NCBI GenBank assembly: GCA_951406725.2
Contig: OX597836.1
Coordinates: 46,066,001 to 46,130,000, forward strand
Reading direction: 5' to 3'
Length of the DNA stretch: 64,000 nt
Origin: Octopus vulgaris
Lineage: Eukaryota
Part shown: positions 1 through 12,526 of the stretch, one piece after another
Numbering within the stretch: position 1 is the stretch's first letter
Layout of the letters: each line of letters opens with the position of its first letter
Notes under the pieces: model-generated
What the model saw: only the letters and a program-made list of their open reading frames with translations
Database searches by the model: none
What the model was told of the DNA's origin: nothing
Translations under genes and position numbers: made by a program

Positions 1-556
1 CATTACTGACTTGGACACCTACGTCATGGAAACTATCAACTACTTCTAGTTATTTCCCTTGGCATGTGACGGAAGTTGTTTTCTGCACATTTTCAGTGTT
101 TATAGCACCTGAGCATTTGCCACACACAAAAACTATCTTCCCAGTTAGCCTTCCTTTGATATTGCTGCACCTCTTATGTGTCCATAGCTTACACTGGGTA
201 CATCTTATGGAGTTTCTACCTATGCCTTTTCTACAGATTGAGCAGGGCCATCTACCTGAAGGGATTTGTGATTTGTCTGCCTTCCTACTTACTAAGACTT
301 TGGTTTTTGCTAGATTGACTCTAAGGCCCTTCGATTTTAAACCTTCCTTCTACACCTGAAACTTCTCCTCTAGTTCTGATAATGACTCAGCTATTAGAGC
401 AAGGTCATCAGTATAGAGAAGCTCCCAGGGGTATCCTGTCTTAAATTCCTCTGTTATTGCTTGGAGGACTATGATGAATAAGAGGGGGCTGAGGACTGAT
501 CCTTGGTGGACTCCTACCTGGAATTCTTCACTATACTCGTTGTCAACCCTCACCAT
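1..556 (-). mobile_element. RTE-clade LINE fragment (RT motifs plus PHD-type finger), decayed
   Basis: Minus translation GVHQGSVLSPLLF...LLYTDDLAL...FQV*KEGLKSKGLRVNLAKTKVL, then CSIC..CTQC..HKRC..CGKC; in-frame stop at 350-352. Confidence 0.85.
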
Positions 557-1294
557 ATTAATAAATATATATATATATGTGTATGTGTTTTTGTGTCTGT
601 GTTTGTCCCCCACCACCGCTTGACAACTGGTGTTGGTCTGTTTACATCTCCCATAACTTAGCAGTTTGGCAAAAGACATTCTCTATGCTGGTGCCCCAGC
701 ATGGTTGTAGTCTGATGACTGAATCAAGTAGAAGGATAAAAAGTAAAAGGCAGATGTTAGAGAAGGGTGGACTGTATGGTGGGGGTTTACCGTTATATTA
801 CTCTGTGTTGCTTCATTTTGTCTCCTGAGAATCAGATGTTGGACTTTATTAGAGAAAAGTTATCGATAAGACAAATATATTTAATAATACACTCTCACAT
901 TTTAATCTAGACTCTGAGAAATAGAGATTGAACATTTTAGTGGGGTAAAGTTATTTACAACAGACGTCTGTTGGTACCATGTAAAAAGTGTTGGTGCCAC
1001 ATAAAAAGCACCCAGTATACTGTAAAATGGTTGGTATTAGGAAGGGCATCCAGCCATTGAAACCATGCCAGAATAGACAATGGCACCTGGTAAGGTCAGG
1101 GGCTGGATCAGTTCCTGTCAAACTGTCCGACCCATGTCAGCATGGAAAATGAAAAATGATCAGATAATGCTGTAGTTTTCAACCATTTAATGCTGCACCA
1201 AAGATGAGCTATCAAACCTCCTTATTCTCAAAAGAACTGACATTTTTCTTGTGTATTCATATAAGGTTTTTATTTCTTTCTTTCCCTACATTAG

Positions 1295-1590
1295 GTTTAA
1301 CATATCAAGTACTGCGTGGCTTAAGGTCAGCATTGAAGAACACCAAATTGCATATTAAAAGAGTGAGTTCTTACCATGGGCCTCATGGCTTTGCTTTTGT
1401 GAAACCAGAAAAGGTCTCCAAAACACTTTTGGTTCCAGCACACATACAACGACCACCCTATGTATCTGTACATGGTAACGACCCTCATCCTAATTTTATA
1501 GAAATCCACTCTGACCAACAAATAGATTCCATCAGAAATTCCTGCAGTTTGGCAAGGAGAATTCTTGACCTTACTTCTCAACACTTGAAA
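1295..1590 (+). CDS. METAP1D: METAP1D exon (LTYQVLRG...DLTSQHLK)
   Basis: Acceptor ttag at 1291-1294 after a pyrimidine tract; donor gtaagt at 1591; [10 protein letters not shown] motif. Confidence 0.85.
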
Positions 1591-4500
1591 GTAAGTTTTG
1601 AAATTTTTTTCAATATTTTAATGTAATTTTTTTATTTTATGTGTTCTGAGCTGCATTCCTACCTTAAAAACATACTATTTTTATAACAATGGCCAGAGTA
1701 GATATAATTCACAACTCAAATCCAAACACTATACACTTTTGAAAATCTTATATGAAACCAGTCAGGTATATTCCTATAATTTAAAATATGATTAAATTCT
1801 AATTAATTCCAATTTATTCTGTCTGCATTTTCAAGTTCATTTTTCCTGTTCCTCAACTTGCTTGGATTAATAACCATTTTTATAAATACACTGTCTATAT
1901 ATCTATCTTTCTGTCTATCTGTCTGTCTACACACACTCATGTATAAAACATAGCATATTTGACAGAAAAACTTGTCCCCTATTTAACCCTTTCGTTACCA
2001 ACCCGGCTGAAACCGGCTCTGGCTCTGAGTATAAATGTTTTGTTTTCGTAAGTTTTGAATTAAAATCTTCCACCAAAGCTTAGTCACAATTTATGTTCCT
2101 AACACTATGTATGTTCCTAACATACATATATACGACGGGCTTCTTTCAGTTTCCATCTACCAAATCCACTCACAAGGCTTTGGTCGGCCTGAGGCTATAG
2201 TAGAAGACACTTGCCCAAGGTGCCACACAAGGGACTGAACCTGGAACCATGTGGTTCGTAAGTAAGCTACTTACTACACAGCCACTCCTGCTGCTCATTT
2301 TTGCCGGCCAAGTGGACTGGAGCAATATGAAATGAAGTGTCTTACTCAAGGACACAATACTACACTGCTGGAAATCAAACTCATCATCTTCCGATTGTGA
2401 ACCAAATACCCTAACCACTAGGCCCCTCATTGTAATGTGTATGAGTGTATATATGTATGCGATGTGTGGATATGCATATGAGTTTGTGTAGATATCTATG
2501 TAATGTGGTGTGTGTGGTGTCTGTCTGTGTATAATGCGTGAGTGTATATAAACTGAAACCACACTGTTTTGTGACTTCCTTCAATTCCCCACCTTGACTA
2601 ACGAAGCTTGTCATTTCAGGTGGGCATCACAACAGATGAGTTGGACAAGATCGTACACAACCTGTGCATCGACCATGATGCCTATCCATCTCCTCTCTTT
2701 TACAACAATTATCCCAAGTCAGTTTGTACATCAGTCAATAATGTTGCCTGCCATGGAATCCCTGACTCTCGACCTCTACAAAATGGTGACATCATCAACA
2801 TTGATATTACGGTAGGGTCATTTATATATACGCACACATACACATATGACACATATACAGACATATACAGATGACACATATGCATATATGTGAATGACAA
2901 AATTCTGCTGAGGTAGACCTTACCTCTCATCCTTTCGGGGTCGATGTAAGCGACTTAATCCCTTTGTCTGTCCTTGTTTGCCCCCTCTATGTTTAGCCCC
3001 TTGTGGACAATAAAGAAATAAGAAACGTTAGCACGCCGGGCGAAATGCTTAGCGGTATTTCGTCTGCCGTTACGTTCTGAGTTCAAATTCCGCCGAGGTC
3101 GACTTTGCCTTTTATCTTTTCGAGGTCGATTAAAAAAGTACCAGTTATGTACTGGGGTCAATATAATTGACTTAATCCGTTTGTCTGTCCTTGTTTGTCC
3201 TCTCTGTGTTTAGCCCCTTGTGGGTAGTAAAGAAATAGGTATTTCGTCTGCCGTTACGTTCTGAGTTCAAATTCCGCCGAGGTCAACTTTGCCTTTCATC
3301 CTTTCAGGGTCGATAAATTAAATACCAGTTATACACTGGGGTAGATGTTATTGACTTAATCCCTTTGTCTGTCCTTGTTTGTCCCCTCTATGTTTAGCCC
3401 CTTGTGGGCAATAAAGAAATAAGAAATAGCATGCCGGGCGAAATGCTTAGCGGTATTTCGTCTGCCGTTACGTTCTGAGTTCAAATTCTGCCGAGGTCCA
3501 CTTTGCCTTTCATCCTTTCAGGGTCGATAAATTAAATACCAGTTATACACTGGGGTAGATGTTATTGACTTAATCCCTTTGTCTGTCCTTGTTTGTCCCC
3601 TCTATGTTTAGCCCCTTGTGGGCAATAAAGAAATAAGAAATAGCATGCCGGGCGAAATGCTTAGCGGTATTTCGTCTGCCGTTACGTTCTGAGTTCAAAT
3701 TCTGCTGAGGTCAACTTTGTCTTTTATCCTTTCGGGGTCAATAAATTAAGTACCAGTTACGTACTGGGGTCGATGTAATCGACTTAATCCCTTTGTCTGT
3801 CCTTGTTTGTCCCCTCCATGTTTAGCCCCTTGTGGGCAATAAAGAAATAAGTCATTCACATCTACTATTCTGCAAAAACATGTCTGGCCTTGGGGGAATA
3901 TTCTCTTGTTTGGAAGGCAGCCGGCTGGCAGAATGGTTCCCATGTTGGAAAACAGTGCCTCTGACTTCACGTTCTGAGTTCAAATGTCACCAAAGTTGAT
4001 TTTGTCTTTCATCCTTTCAAGGTCAATAAAATAAAGTATCTGTTATATAATAGGTGGTGCTGGGGGGGCATATTTGATTTACTCCCTACCTGAAATTGAA
4101 GGCTTTCTACCAAAATTTGAAACCTGTATTACCTTGTTTAGAAACAGGTGAGGTTTGGCAACAGGAAGGTCATTCACCTGTAAAAAAGTTTGCCTCAACA
4201 AACTCCTCCTTCTGACCTTTGGAAGCATGGAAAAGTGGATGTTAAAAGGATTATTGTATGTGTGTGCTTACTCTTTTACTTGTTTTAGTCATTTGACTGT
4301 GGCCATGCTGGAGCACTCCCTTCAGTCGAGCAAATTGACCCCAGGACTTATTCTTTGTAAGCCTAGTACTTATTCTATCGGACTCTTTTGCCGAACCGCT
4401 AAGTTACAGTGAAGTAAACACACCAGCATCAGTTGTCAAGCGATGTTGGGGGGGGGGGGGCAGACATATACACACTCATGCATATATACGACGGGCTTCT

Positions 4501-5517
4501 TTCAGTTTCCGTCTACCAAATCCACTCACAAGGCTTTGGTCGAATCGAGGCTATAGTAGAAGACACTTGCCCAAGGTGCCACGCAGTGGGACTGAACCCG
4601 GAACCATGTGGTTGGTAAGCAAGCTACTTACCACACAGCCGCTCCTATGCTACTTATATATTCTACAGAAAATCAAGGAATTTTCAAATGCACAATGGCT
4701 GTGAAGACAATTTAGAAAATTAGGTAAATATCCTTTAAAAGCTGGAAAACGGAGGCCAGGAAACCCCTTCACTGAACTGAATACCATACCTCTCAGATAC
4801 CGGCTGAGTGCTCTGTACCCCTCTTAGCTTAATAGTACAGAGTGCTCAACTGGAATTTGAGATGTACAGGGTTTGATCCTCTGTAGAAGCTTGCTGGCCA
4901 ATTTTTTTTTTTCTGTCTTCTAAAATACATTTAACCCAATTTTCTAAGCTGTCTCTGCAGCCATTCTGCATGTGAGAATTGATTTATTTTCTGTAGAATA
5001 CTCACTTGGTGCTTCCAAGTTTGTTTACAAAATACATACATATGTATGTACGCGTGTACATACGATTGGGTACTGAAAGGTTCCTGACTTTGGGTAAAAG
5101 AAAATACAGGAGGATCAGTTAATTATGATTTTATCCAATATATCCCCCTCTCAGATTTGCATACTCATTTGCAGCAGTCCTTCAGATTTTCTAAGCCCTG
5201 TAAAAGAACTTAGAAACTTGGCTGATTATGCCATCACGCAATACCCTTAAAATCAGGAAGTTCTCAGCACCCCTTCCTATATATATATATTTCTTTACTA
5301 CCCACAAGACGCTAAACATAGAGGACAAACAAAGACAGACATAGGTATTAAGTCGATTACATCGACCCCAGTGCGTAACTGGTACTTTATTTATCGAGCC
5401 CGAAAGGATGAAAGGCAAAGTCGACCTCGGTGGAATTTGAACCCAGAATACGTGACAGCAGACGAAATACGGCTACGCATTTCGCCCGACGTGCTAATGA
5501 TTCTGCCAGCTCGCCTT

Positions 5518-5551
<34 letters not shown>

Positions 5552-5866
5552 AAGGCGCATGGCTCAGTGGTTTGAGTTTTGAGCTTACGATCGTGAGGTT
5601 GTGAGATCAAATCCCGGACCGGGCTGCGTGTTGTGTGCTTGAGCAACAGTTCACTCAGCTGCAGAAATGAGTTGTGACGTCACAGGTGCCAAGCTGTATC
5701 GGCCCCTTTGCCTTTCCCTTGGATAACATCGGTGTCGTGGAGAGGGGAGACCGGTATGCATGGGCAACTGTTGGTCTTCCATAAACAACCTTGCCCGGAT
5801 TTGTACCTGGGAGGGTAACTTCCTAGGTGCAATTCCATGGTCAGTGTTGTGACCAAAGGGGGTCTC

Positions 5867-5907
<41 letters not shown>

Positions 5908-6040
5908 CACACACAAATATGATATCTCATAATGGTCAAACATGTTATTTGTATCGTGTATTGAACACTCTCCTTCATATATATTTGTTCTAGTCCTGGT
6001 TACTTGTGTTCAGAAAGTGCCTCATCATTAGAAGACATCT

Positions 6041-6085
<45 letters not shown>

Positions 6086-6652
6086 ATGATGATGATGATA
6101 TATATAATCAAAATAAGCAACAAGAATGACTCCGGTAATTTGGTACGATCGTTTCGTACTACATCATTTTATTAAATGTTGTAAGTATTACAACAGTTTT
6201 AAAATGCTGAGTACTCATCAGCCAATTATAGAGGTTTTCCATTAATACAAAAATTTTCATATCAAGTGGCAACATTATAAAGAAGGTAGATATAAAGACA
6301 AAGATGTGGATTTAAATTTTAAGAACATTTGAGGTAGTGGAGCTCATCAACTGTCTAGTCAGTTGATGAGCTCCACTACCTCAAATATTGCCACTTGATA
6401 TGAACATTTTTGTATTAATGGAAAACCTCTATAATTGGCTGATGAGTACTCAGCATTTTAAAACTGTTGTAATACTTACAACATTTAATAAAATGATGTA
6501 GTACGAAACGATCGTACCAAATTACCGGAGTCATTCTTGTTGCTTATTTTGATTATAATCACCCCACGGATTTATATGGATAACACCATACAGAATTCTG
6601 GTGCATCTAAATTAAGTACCATATTCATTTGAATCTAAATTTTTGCTGAACT

Positions 6653-6697
<45 letters not shown>

Positions 6698-9600
6698 TTG
6701 TGTGTATACACATACATGCTTTGACACATTTTTATATATTTTACTAACTGATCCTCTTATCGCATCAGGTTTACATCAATGGTTACCATGGTGACGTTTC
6801 AGAAACTTACCTTATTGGAGATGTCGATGAAAGAGGACAACAACTTGTGGAAACCGCACGTCGTGCTTTAATGGAGGCCATCAACATTTGTAAAGATGAT
6901 GTTCCTTTCTCAGAAATTGGACGAAAAGTTAAGTAAGTTGTATTTTTATTGTTGTTGTTTAGGACTCCAGGTTCATCTCTGACCAAGAAAGCCCTTGACC
7001 AAAATTATGACATTGACACCCATCCCCAGCCATAGGTCATGGTGGTGTTGATACGTGATAGTGGTGGTGGTTTTGGAGGCAGTTGTTTTTCCTAAGAAAT
7101 ACCTTCTAGTGTTTAGTCCCGGGATTTCTTCATATTTCACATTTTTGTGTCTGTACAAATATAAACTGGCATTGTGATTAACTTACAACCTTACATATAT
7201 AGTTACTTATTTTGTTCGCACCACAAACAGCCTTTGTCTTGTGGCCTCGCATCAAGGAGCATTATTCTAAACATTTTACCTCAACAGTGAAGCCTGTACA
7301 CTGTTTGAAATAGCAATCAAATGTCTCTGAAATCAGAACATGTTAAATAACAAGAGCACTCAGAGAGTACAAACCTCCACCTAGGCAACACCAACATCCT
7401 CTCAACAGTTAGCCAGAGATGATTTTTAAAATGAGAATATCTGAAATAAACTTGACTGCTCTCACAAACGAGAATACTAAAAATGGATCCAACTGCTCTC
7501 AAAAATTAATTAAAAAAACAGGAAAAATAATCCAGAATCTTTGTCTGGTACCTGATTGATCCCAATGGTAGTCATGGAATGTGAAGGTGGATGTAGAAAA
7601 TATAGTAACATTAATAAATAGTTTATCCTTATTTAATACAAGCCAAAGTTAACAAGTTCACCATTCAAAATAGTTACACCCTAAAGGGAGATAATTGAGA
7701 GAGAGAGACTTGAAAGTTAACTTAAGATCGTAATCATGTAAAGTAAATATAACAAACAATCCAGAATCCTTGTCTGGTACCGGATTGATCCCCAAATCTA
7801 ATCAGTTCGTGCCAGTCACGAGGCCAAACATCCCTGAAAGTTTCATTTGAATCCAACCAGTGGTTCCTGAGATATCTTGTCCACAGACAAACAAACAAAT
7901 GTGACTGAAAACAATACCTCTGCCTTCGCTAAGGCGAAGGTAATAAAAGGAAGTCCACATTAAATAATATACTCTTTGGCACATAAAAAGATGGAATGTC
8001 TTGGTCTGTCTTCTCAATCATAGCTGGGCTGAAGTTAAACAACTTTAAATGTTGTAATTCCTGTTTAAGTGGTTTCCAGCAGAGAGAGCAACCATTTGTT
8101 AAAAAACTGAAAAAATACAATTGCTCCAATAAAAAAAAACAAACAAAAAGAATCATAGGCATGGCCGTTGCCAGTGCCATATAAATGGCACTCGTGAAAT
8201 TGTAGTCCTGGCCATTGCTGGTGGCACGTAAAAAGTACCCATTACACTCTTGGAGTGGTTGGCATTAGGAAGGGCATCTAGGTGTAGAAACCACGCCAAG
8301 TCAGACTGGAACCTAGTGCAGCTCTCTGGCTTACCGGTTCCAATCACACTGTCTAACCCATACCAGCATGGAAAGCAAATGTAAAATGATGATGATGATG
8401 ATGATTCCACAACACACAACATAGGAAAATGGCTGTAAATCAATGAAAAGCAAAAAACAAAAAAGCCAAAAATAGGTGCTGGAGTGGCTGTGTGGTAAGT
8501 AGCTTGCTTACCAACCACATGGTTCCGGGTTCAATCCCACTGCGTGGCATCTTGGGCAAGTGTCTTCTACTATAGCCTCAGGCCGACCAAAGCCTTGTGA
8601 GTGGATTTGGTAGATGGAAACTGAAAGAAGCCCGTCATATATAAGTATATATATATATATATGTGTGTGTTTGTGTGTCTGTGTTTGTCCCCCTAGCATT
8701 GCTTGACAACCGATGCTAGTGTGTTTACATCCCCGTAACTTAGCGGTTTGGCAAAAGAGACCGATAAGAATAAGTAGTTGGCTTACAAAGAATAAGTCCT
8801 GGGGTCGATTTGCTCGACTAAAAGCGTTGCTCCAGCATGGCCACAGTCAAATGACTGAAAGAAGTAAAAGAGTAAAGAGTAAAGATTATATTACTGAAAT
8901 TAAATCCTTAAAAATCCTTAAAAATGTTTTAGCCCAAAGGCCGCGGCCATGCTTGGGCACCTAAATAATTTATTTTATTTCTCTTTTACCATTCTGTTAC
9001 AGTGATGTGGTGACAGCAGCTGATTTTCAAGTCATTCCTGATTTCTGTGGTCATGGAATTGGTCGATATTTCCATGGTTTACCCGACATATTCCATATTG
9101 GTGAGTATATTGTTGCTGTATATAGCAGTGGTTCTCAAACTTTTTGAAGGGGGCTGCTGCTCCCTTGGCACTCAGACTACATTGCTAGTTCCACCTTCCT
9201 ATGCATCACCACAAACATAGACCACCTCCTAAAGCAAATGCACAAATTTCAAACATCTGTGTTTCACAAATAAAACAGATTATGTTTTATTAACCCATTA
9301 TGAATGAGGAGCTTTGTTATAGTAACTTAGTAGGCGCAGGAGTGGCTGTGTGGTAAGTAGCTTGTTTACCAACCACATGGTTCCGGGTTCAGTCCCACTG
9401 CGTGGCACCTTGGCCAAGTGTCTTCTACTATAGCCTCGGGCCGACCAAAGCCTTGTGAGTGGATTTGGTAGACGGAAACTGAAAGAAGCTCATCGTATAT
9501 ATATGTATATATATGCGTGTGTGTTTGTGTGTCTGTGTTTGTCCCCACAACATCACTTAACAACTGATGCTGGTGTGTTTACATCCCTGTATCTTAGTGG

Positions 9601-11846
9601 TTCAGCAAAAAGAGACTAATTGAATAAGTACTAGGCTTACAAAGAATATGTGCTGGGGTCGATTTGCTCGACTAAAAGGTGGTGCTCCAGCATGGCCACA
9701 ATCAAATGACTGAAACAAGTAAAAGAGTAAAAAGTAAAAGAGTAACTTAGCAGTCCAATAATTGATAAAATTGATAAAGTAATTGTGATGATGTTAATGT
9801 TGGGTGTTCATTAATTAAAATGTCAAAGTACATTTATTTATTTTTCTTAATTAGATTTGGGCTGTAAAACACGGATGAAGGAGAACATGGTGTTTACAAT
9901 AGGTGAGTGGATAATTGTTCGTTAAAATGTTTAATTAAAATTTTATGCACTTGTAATTATTTTCTTCTCATTGTTTTTGTTGCTGTGACCATTAACATAG
10001 ATATGGTCAATAGGGAGGATCAAATACCACAAGGTATTTTTGTTCAAAATCTCCTGTTTCTTAGTTTTCTTACTGATTCTTACACTTCTTAGCAAAAAGC
10101 TTTTGTGACAGACATGCACACATTCATACACACTTATATGCAACGTGTGTGTATGTGGTATGTATATGTAATGTGTGTCTGTGTGTGAATATATGTGTGT
10201 ATACATATGTATATATAAAAATTTAAATTGTAAATTGTATATTTTATATATATATTAGTGGCCGATGCCAGCGCTGCCTTGACTGGCTTCCGTGCCGGTG
10301 GTACGTAAAAAGCACCCACTACACTCTCGGAGTGGTTGGTGTTAGGAAGGGCATCCAGCTGTAGAAACACTGCCAGATCAAGTCTGAAGCCTGGTGCAGC
10401 CTTCTGGCTTCCCAGATCCCCGGTCGAACCGTCCAACCCATGCTAGCATGGAGAACGGACGTTAAACGATGATGATGATGATATTTATATTTTTTGTTAT
10501 TTATGTATTGGTTTATGTCTATCACTGTTTGATTTGCCTAATAGTGGTTTTATCTCTAATTTAATTTATATTTATACTGTGAAATTTGATTTAATCCTAA
10601 ATCTAATTTTTCCCTGTAAGTTTGGATATAATCCCTAATATTATTATTATATATACACACATATAAACACAGACATGCACATGTATATAGATATGCAAGT
10701 GTAGTATTTGTGTGTGAATCTATCTATCTGTCTGTCTGTCTGTCTATTTATTTAGTAATTAATAAGCTTGCTTCCAAACCACATGGTTCTAGGTTCAGCC
10801 CCACTGTGTGGAACCTTCTGCTATAGTCTTGGGCTGACCAAAGCCTTGTGAGTGGTTTTGGTAGACAGAAACTGAAAGAAGCCTGTCATATATGTGTGTG
10901 TGTGTGTACATTACACACTTGTGTGTGTAATTGTGACTATTTGTCCCCCACAACTGCTTGACAACTCGTGTTGGTGTGCTTACATCCCTGTAACATTTAT
11001 TTAATATCATTTAGTAATATAATAACTAAAATATTATTATATTACTTAATAGTTGTATAATCATTAAGGCAGTGAACCTGCAGAACTGTTAGCAAAATAC
11101 TTCTAAGCATTTTGTCCATCCTTACATTCTGAGTTCAAATTCTGCTGAGGTTGACTTTGCCTTTCATTCGTTTTGGGGTTGATAAAATAGGAGTGGCTGT
11201 GTGGTAAGTAGCTCGCTAACCAACCACATGGTTCCGGGTTCAGTCCCACTGCGTGGCACCTTGGGCTATAACCCAAGCAGTGTCTTCTGCTATAACCTCG
11301 GGTCGACCAATGCCCTGTGAGTGGATTTGGTAGACGGAAACTGAAAGAAGCCTGTCGTATATATGTATATATATATATGGGTGTTTGTGTGTCTGTGTTT
11401 GTTCCCTTAGCATTGCTTGACAACCGATGCTGGTGTGTTTATGTCCCCATCACTTAGCGGTTCGGCAAAAAGTGACCGATAGAATAAGTACTGGGCTTAC
11501 AAAGAATAAGTCCTGGGGTCGATTTGCTCGACTAAAGGCGGTGCTCCAGCATGGCTGCAGTCAAATGACTGAAACAAGTAAAAGAGAGTACCAGTTTAGC
11601 ACTGGGGTCAAATGTAATCGACTTATCCCCTGCCCCTGAAATTGTTGGCCTTGTGTCAAAATTTGAAACCTTTTTATAATGATTATATTATTTCTCTTTT
11701 TAGAGCCTTTGGTATGTGAAGGATCCCCTGCAATAAAAGTCTTATCCGATGGCTGGACTGCAGTGACCAGAGACTTCAGCCGATCGGCTCAGTTTGAACA
11801 TTGTGTTCGAGTAACACAACACGGAGCAGAGATTCTTACACAATAA
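1295..11846 (+). CDS. METAP1D: Methionine aminopeptidase 1D, mitochondrial (spliced, 5'-partial): join(1295..1590,2620..2811,6769..6932,9003..9100,9855..9902,11704..11846)
   Basis: Six exons with AG/GT boundaries and compatible phases (1,0,0,2,1,1). M24A motifs intact: [50 protein letters not shown]. No N-terminal zinc fingers; basic, presequence-like N-terminus. Confidence 0.93.
2620..2811 (+). CDS. METAP1D: METAP1D exon (VGITTDELD...DIINIDIT)
   Basis: tttcag acceptor, gtaggg donor; AYPSPL, CTSVN, CHGIPD. Confidence 0.95.
2905..3852 (+). mobile_element. Tandem array of tRNA-derived SINE family B (units about 180-216 bp)
   Basis: Repeated gcttagcggtatttcgtctgccgttacgttctgagttcaaattccgccgagg...ccccttgtgggcaataaagaaata with B-box-like gagttcaaattcc. 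Other copies: 5290-5515(-), 17315-17732(-), 18283-18453, 22627-23038, 27730-28312(-), 38815-39042(-), 42585-42750, 57925-58105, 58518-58748(-), 60868-61095. Confidence 0.85.
4659..5000. mobile_element. Foldback (palindromic) MITE
   Basis: Ends tattctacagaaaat / attttctgtagaata; internal arms also reverse-complementary (aatggctgtgaagacaatttagaaaatt vs aattttctaagctgtctctgcagccatt). Confidence 0.75.
5064..5278. mobile_element. Mariner-type MITE of about 210 bp; copies at 23537-23727 and 31221-31430
   Basis: Imperfect TIRs gggtactgaaaggttcctg / caggaagttctcagcaccc; three similar copies in window. Confidence 0.7.
5551..5868 (+). mobile_element. tRNA-derived SINE, head type D; related copies 12915-13162(-), 20440-20765, 23255-23522(-), 61366-61505
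   Basis: A-box tggctcagtgg, B-box-like gagatcaaatccc, core ttgagcaa. Confidence 0.7.
6103..6655. mobile_element. Inverted-repeat (inverted pLTR-like) remnant in (TA)n carrying a hammerhead motif
   Basis: Arms 6103-6353 and 6360-6557 are near-perfect reverse complements apart from a ~53-nt bulge; unique tail to ~6653; related copy at 14560-14830(-). Confidence 0.75.
6435..6520 (+). ncRNA. Type I hammerhead ribozyme motif, canonical core
   Basis: ttgg-CTGATGA(6439-45)-gtact...agtac-GAAA(6505-08)-c[gatc]g-TA^-ccaa; predicted cleavage after 6516. Confidence 0.8.
6769..6932 (+). CDS. METAP1D: METAP1D exon ([13 protein letters not shown]...SEIGRKV)
   Basis: catcag acceptor, branch-like ctaac upstream, gtaagt donor; absent from ORF track. 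Confidence 0.95.
7348..7945 (+). mobile_element. Helentron/DINE-1-like non-autonomous element
   Basis: 5' aacaagagcactcagagag..aaacctccacc and 3' stem-loop tacctctgccttcgctaaggcgaaggta with (aaac)n. Confidence 0.6.
8155..8405 (+). mobile_element. SINE 3' portion with (gat)n tail; copies 970-1160 and 10255-10482
   Basis: Shared gagtggttggcattaggaagggcatc...cccatgccagcatggaa...gatgatgat. Confidence 0.65.
9003..9100 (+). CDS. METAP1D: METAP1D exon ([20 protein letters not shown])
   Basis: ttacag acceptor, gtgagt donor; metal-ligand His motif. Confidence 0.95.
9855..9902 (+). CDS. METAP1D: METAP1D 48-nt exon ([16 protein letters not shown])
   Basis: ttag acceptor, gtgagt donor; M..MVFTIE motif completed by next exon. 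Confidence 0.92.
11704..11846 (+). CDS. METAP1D: METAP1D terminal exon (EPLVCEG...[32 protein letters not shown])
   Basis: tttttag acceptor; TAA at 11844-11846. Confidence 0.95.
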
Positions 11847-12114
11847 CATATGGCATCTGTGGCTGTGGCTACAATTATGAAAACCCAATGTAGATGTTCT
11901 GATTTGAATCAAACTTAATTTATTTTCAAATCCCTTCACTGTGTCTTCTCTTTCTGTTACTCCAACTGTTACTACAACAGCCCCTGCTTCACTCGATCTT
12001 TTGGCTGTAAACTGCCAACACTTAAACTCACTCAACACCCTCTCTATCTTCTCCTCTCACCAACCTTACACTCTTTTCTCAAACCCTTAATTTTATACTG
12101 CATACATATTTATA

Positions 12115-12212
12115 CATATTTCCCACAAAACATATTTCCCACAAAACGTGTTTCCCACAAAACGTGTTTCCCACAAAACATGTTTCCCACAAAACATGCT
12201 TCCCACAAAAAC
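12115..12212. repeat. Six-copy 16-bp tandem repeat (tttcccacaaaacrtg) downstream of METAP1D stop
   Basis: Units start at 12119, 12135, 12151, 12167, 12183, 12199. Confidence 0.9.
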
Positions 12213-12526
12213 AGCATTTCTCTGGAATTGCTTCTTTGCTTCCTGATTTTCTTGCAACCAGTGATCTTCAAAAAGTCAAACAGTGGATTAATGTCATCCA
12301 GCTATTGTTAATCCTTAGTCTGGGTGGAACTGATCAATATAAAAAATATATACTTGCATTACTGTTGTTGTTGTTGTTGTTGTTATTTTGCACCGTATCA
12401 GACCAGATTGAGTTGACTTCTGAGAAAATCCATACCTGTCAGAGCCATCCTATCTTTTGTTTATAGTCGTGCATCTAGGACTACACTCATCTTGTGTGTC
12501 CTTCATTTTATGATGGTAGTATAGTG

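Noticed and set aside
1204-1294. ATG at 1204 as the METAP1D start
   Set aside because: This stretch is a pyrimidine tract ending in a good acceptor; the true first exon is more likely upstream of the window
2905-3852. CRISPR-like repeat array
   Set aside because: Units are ~200-bp SINE copies without unique spacers; eukaryotic context, no cas genes
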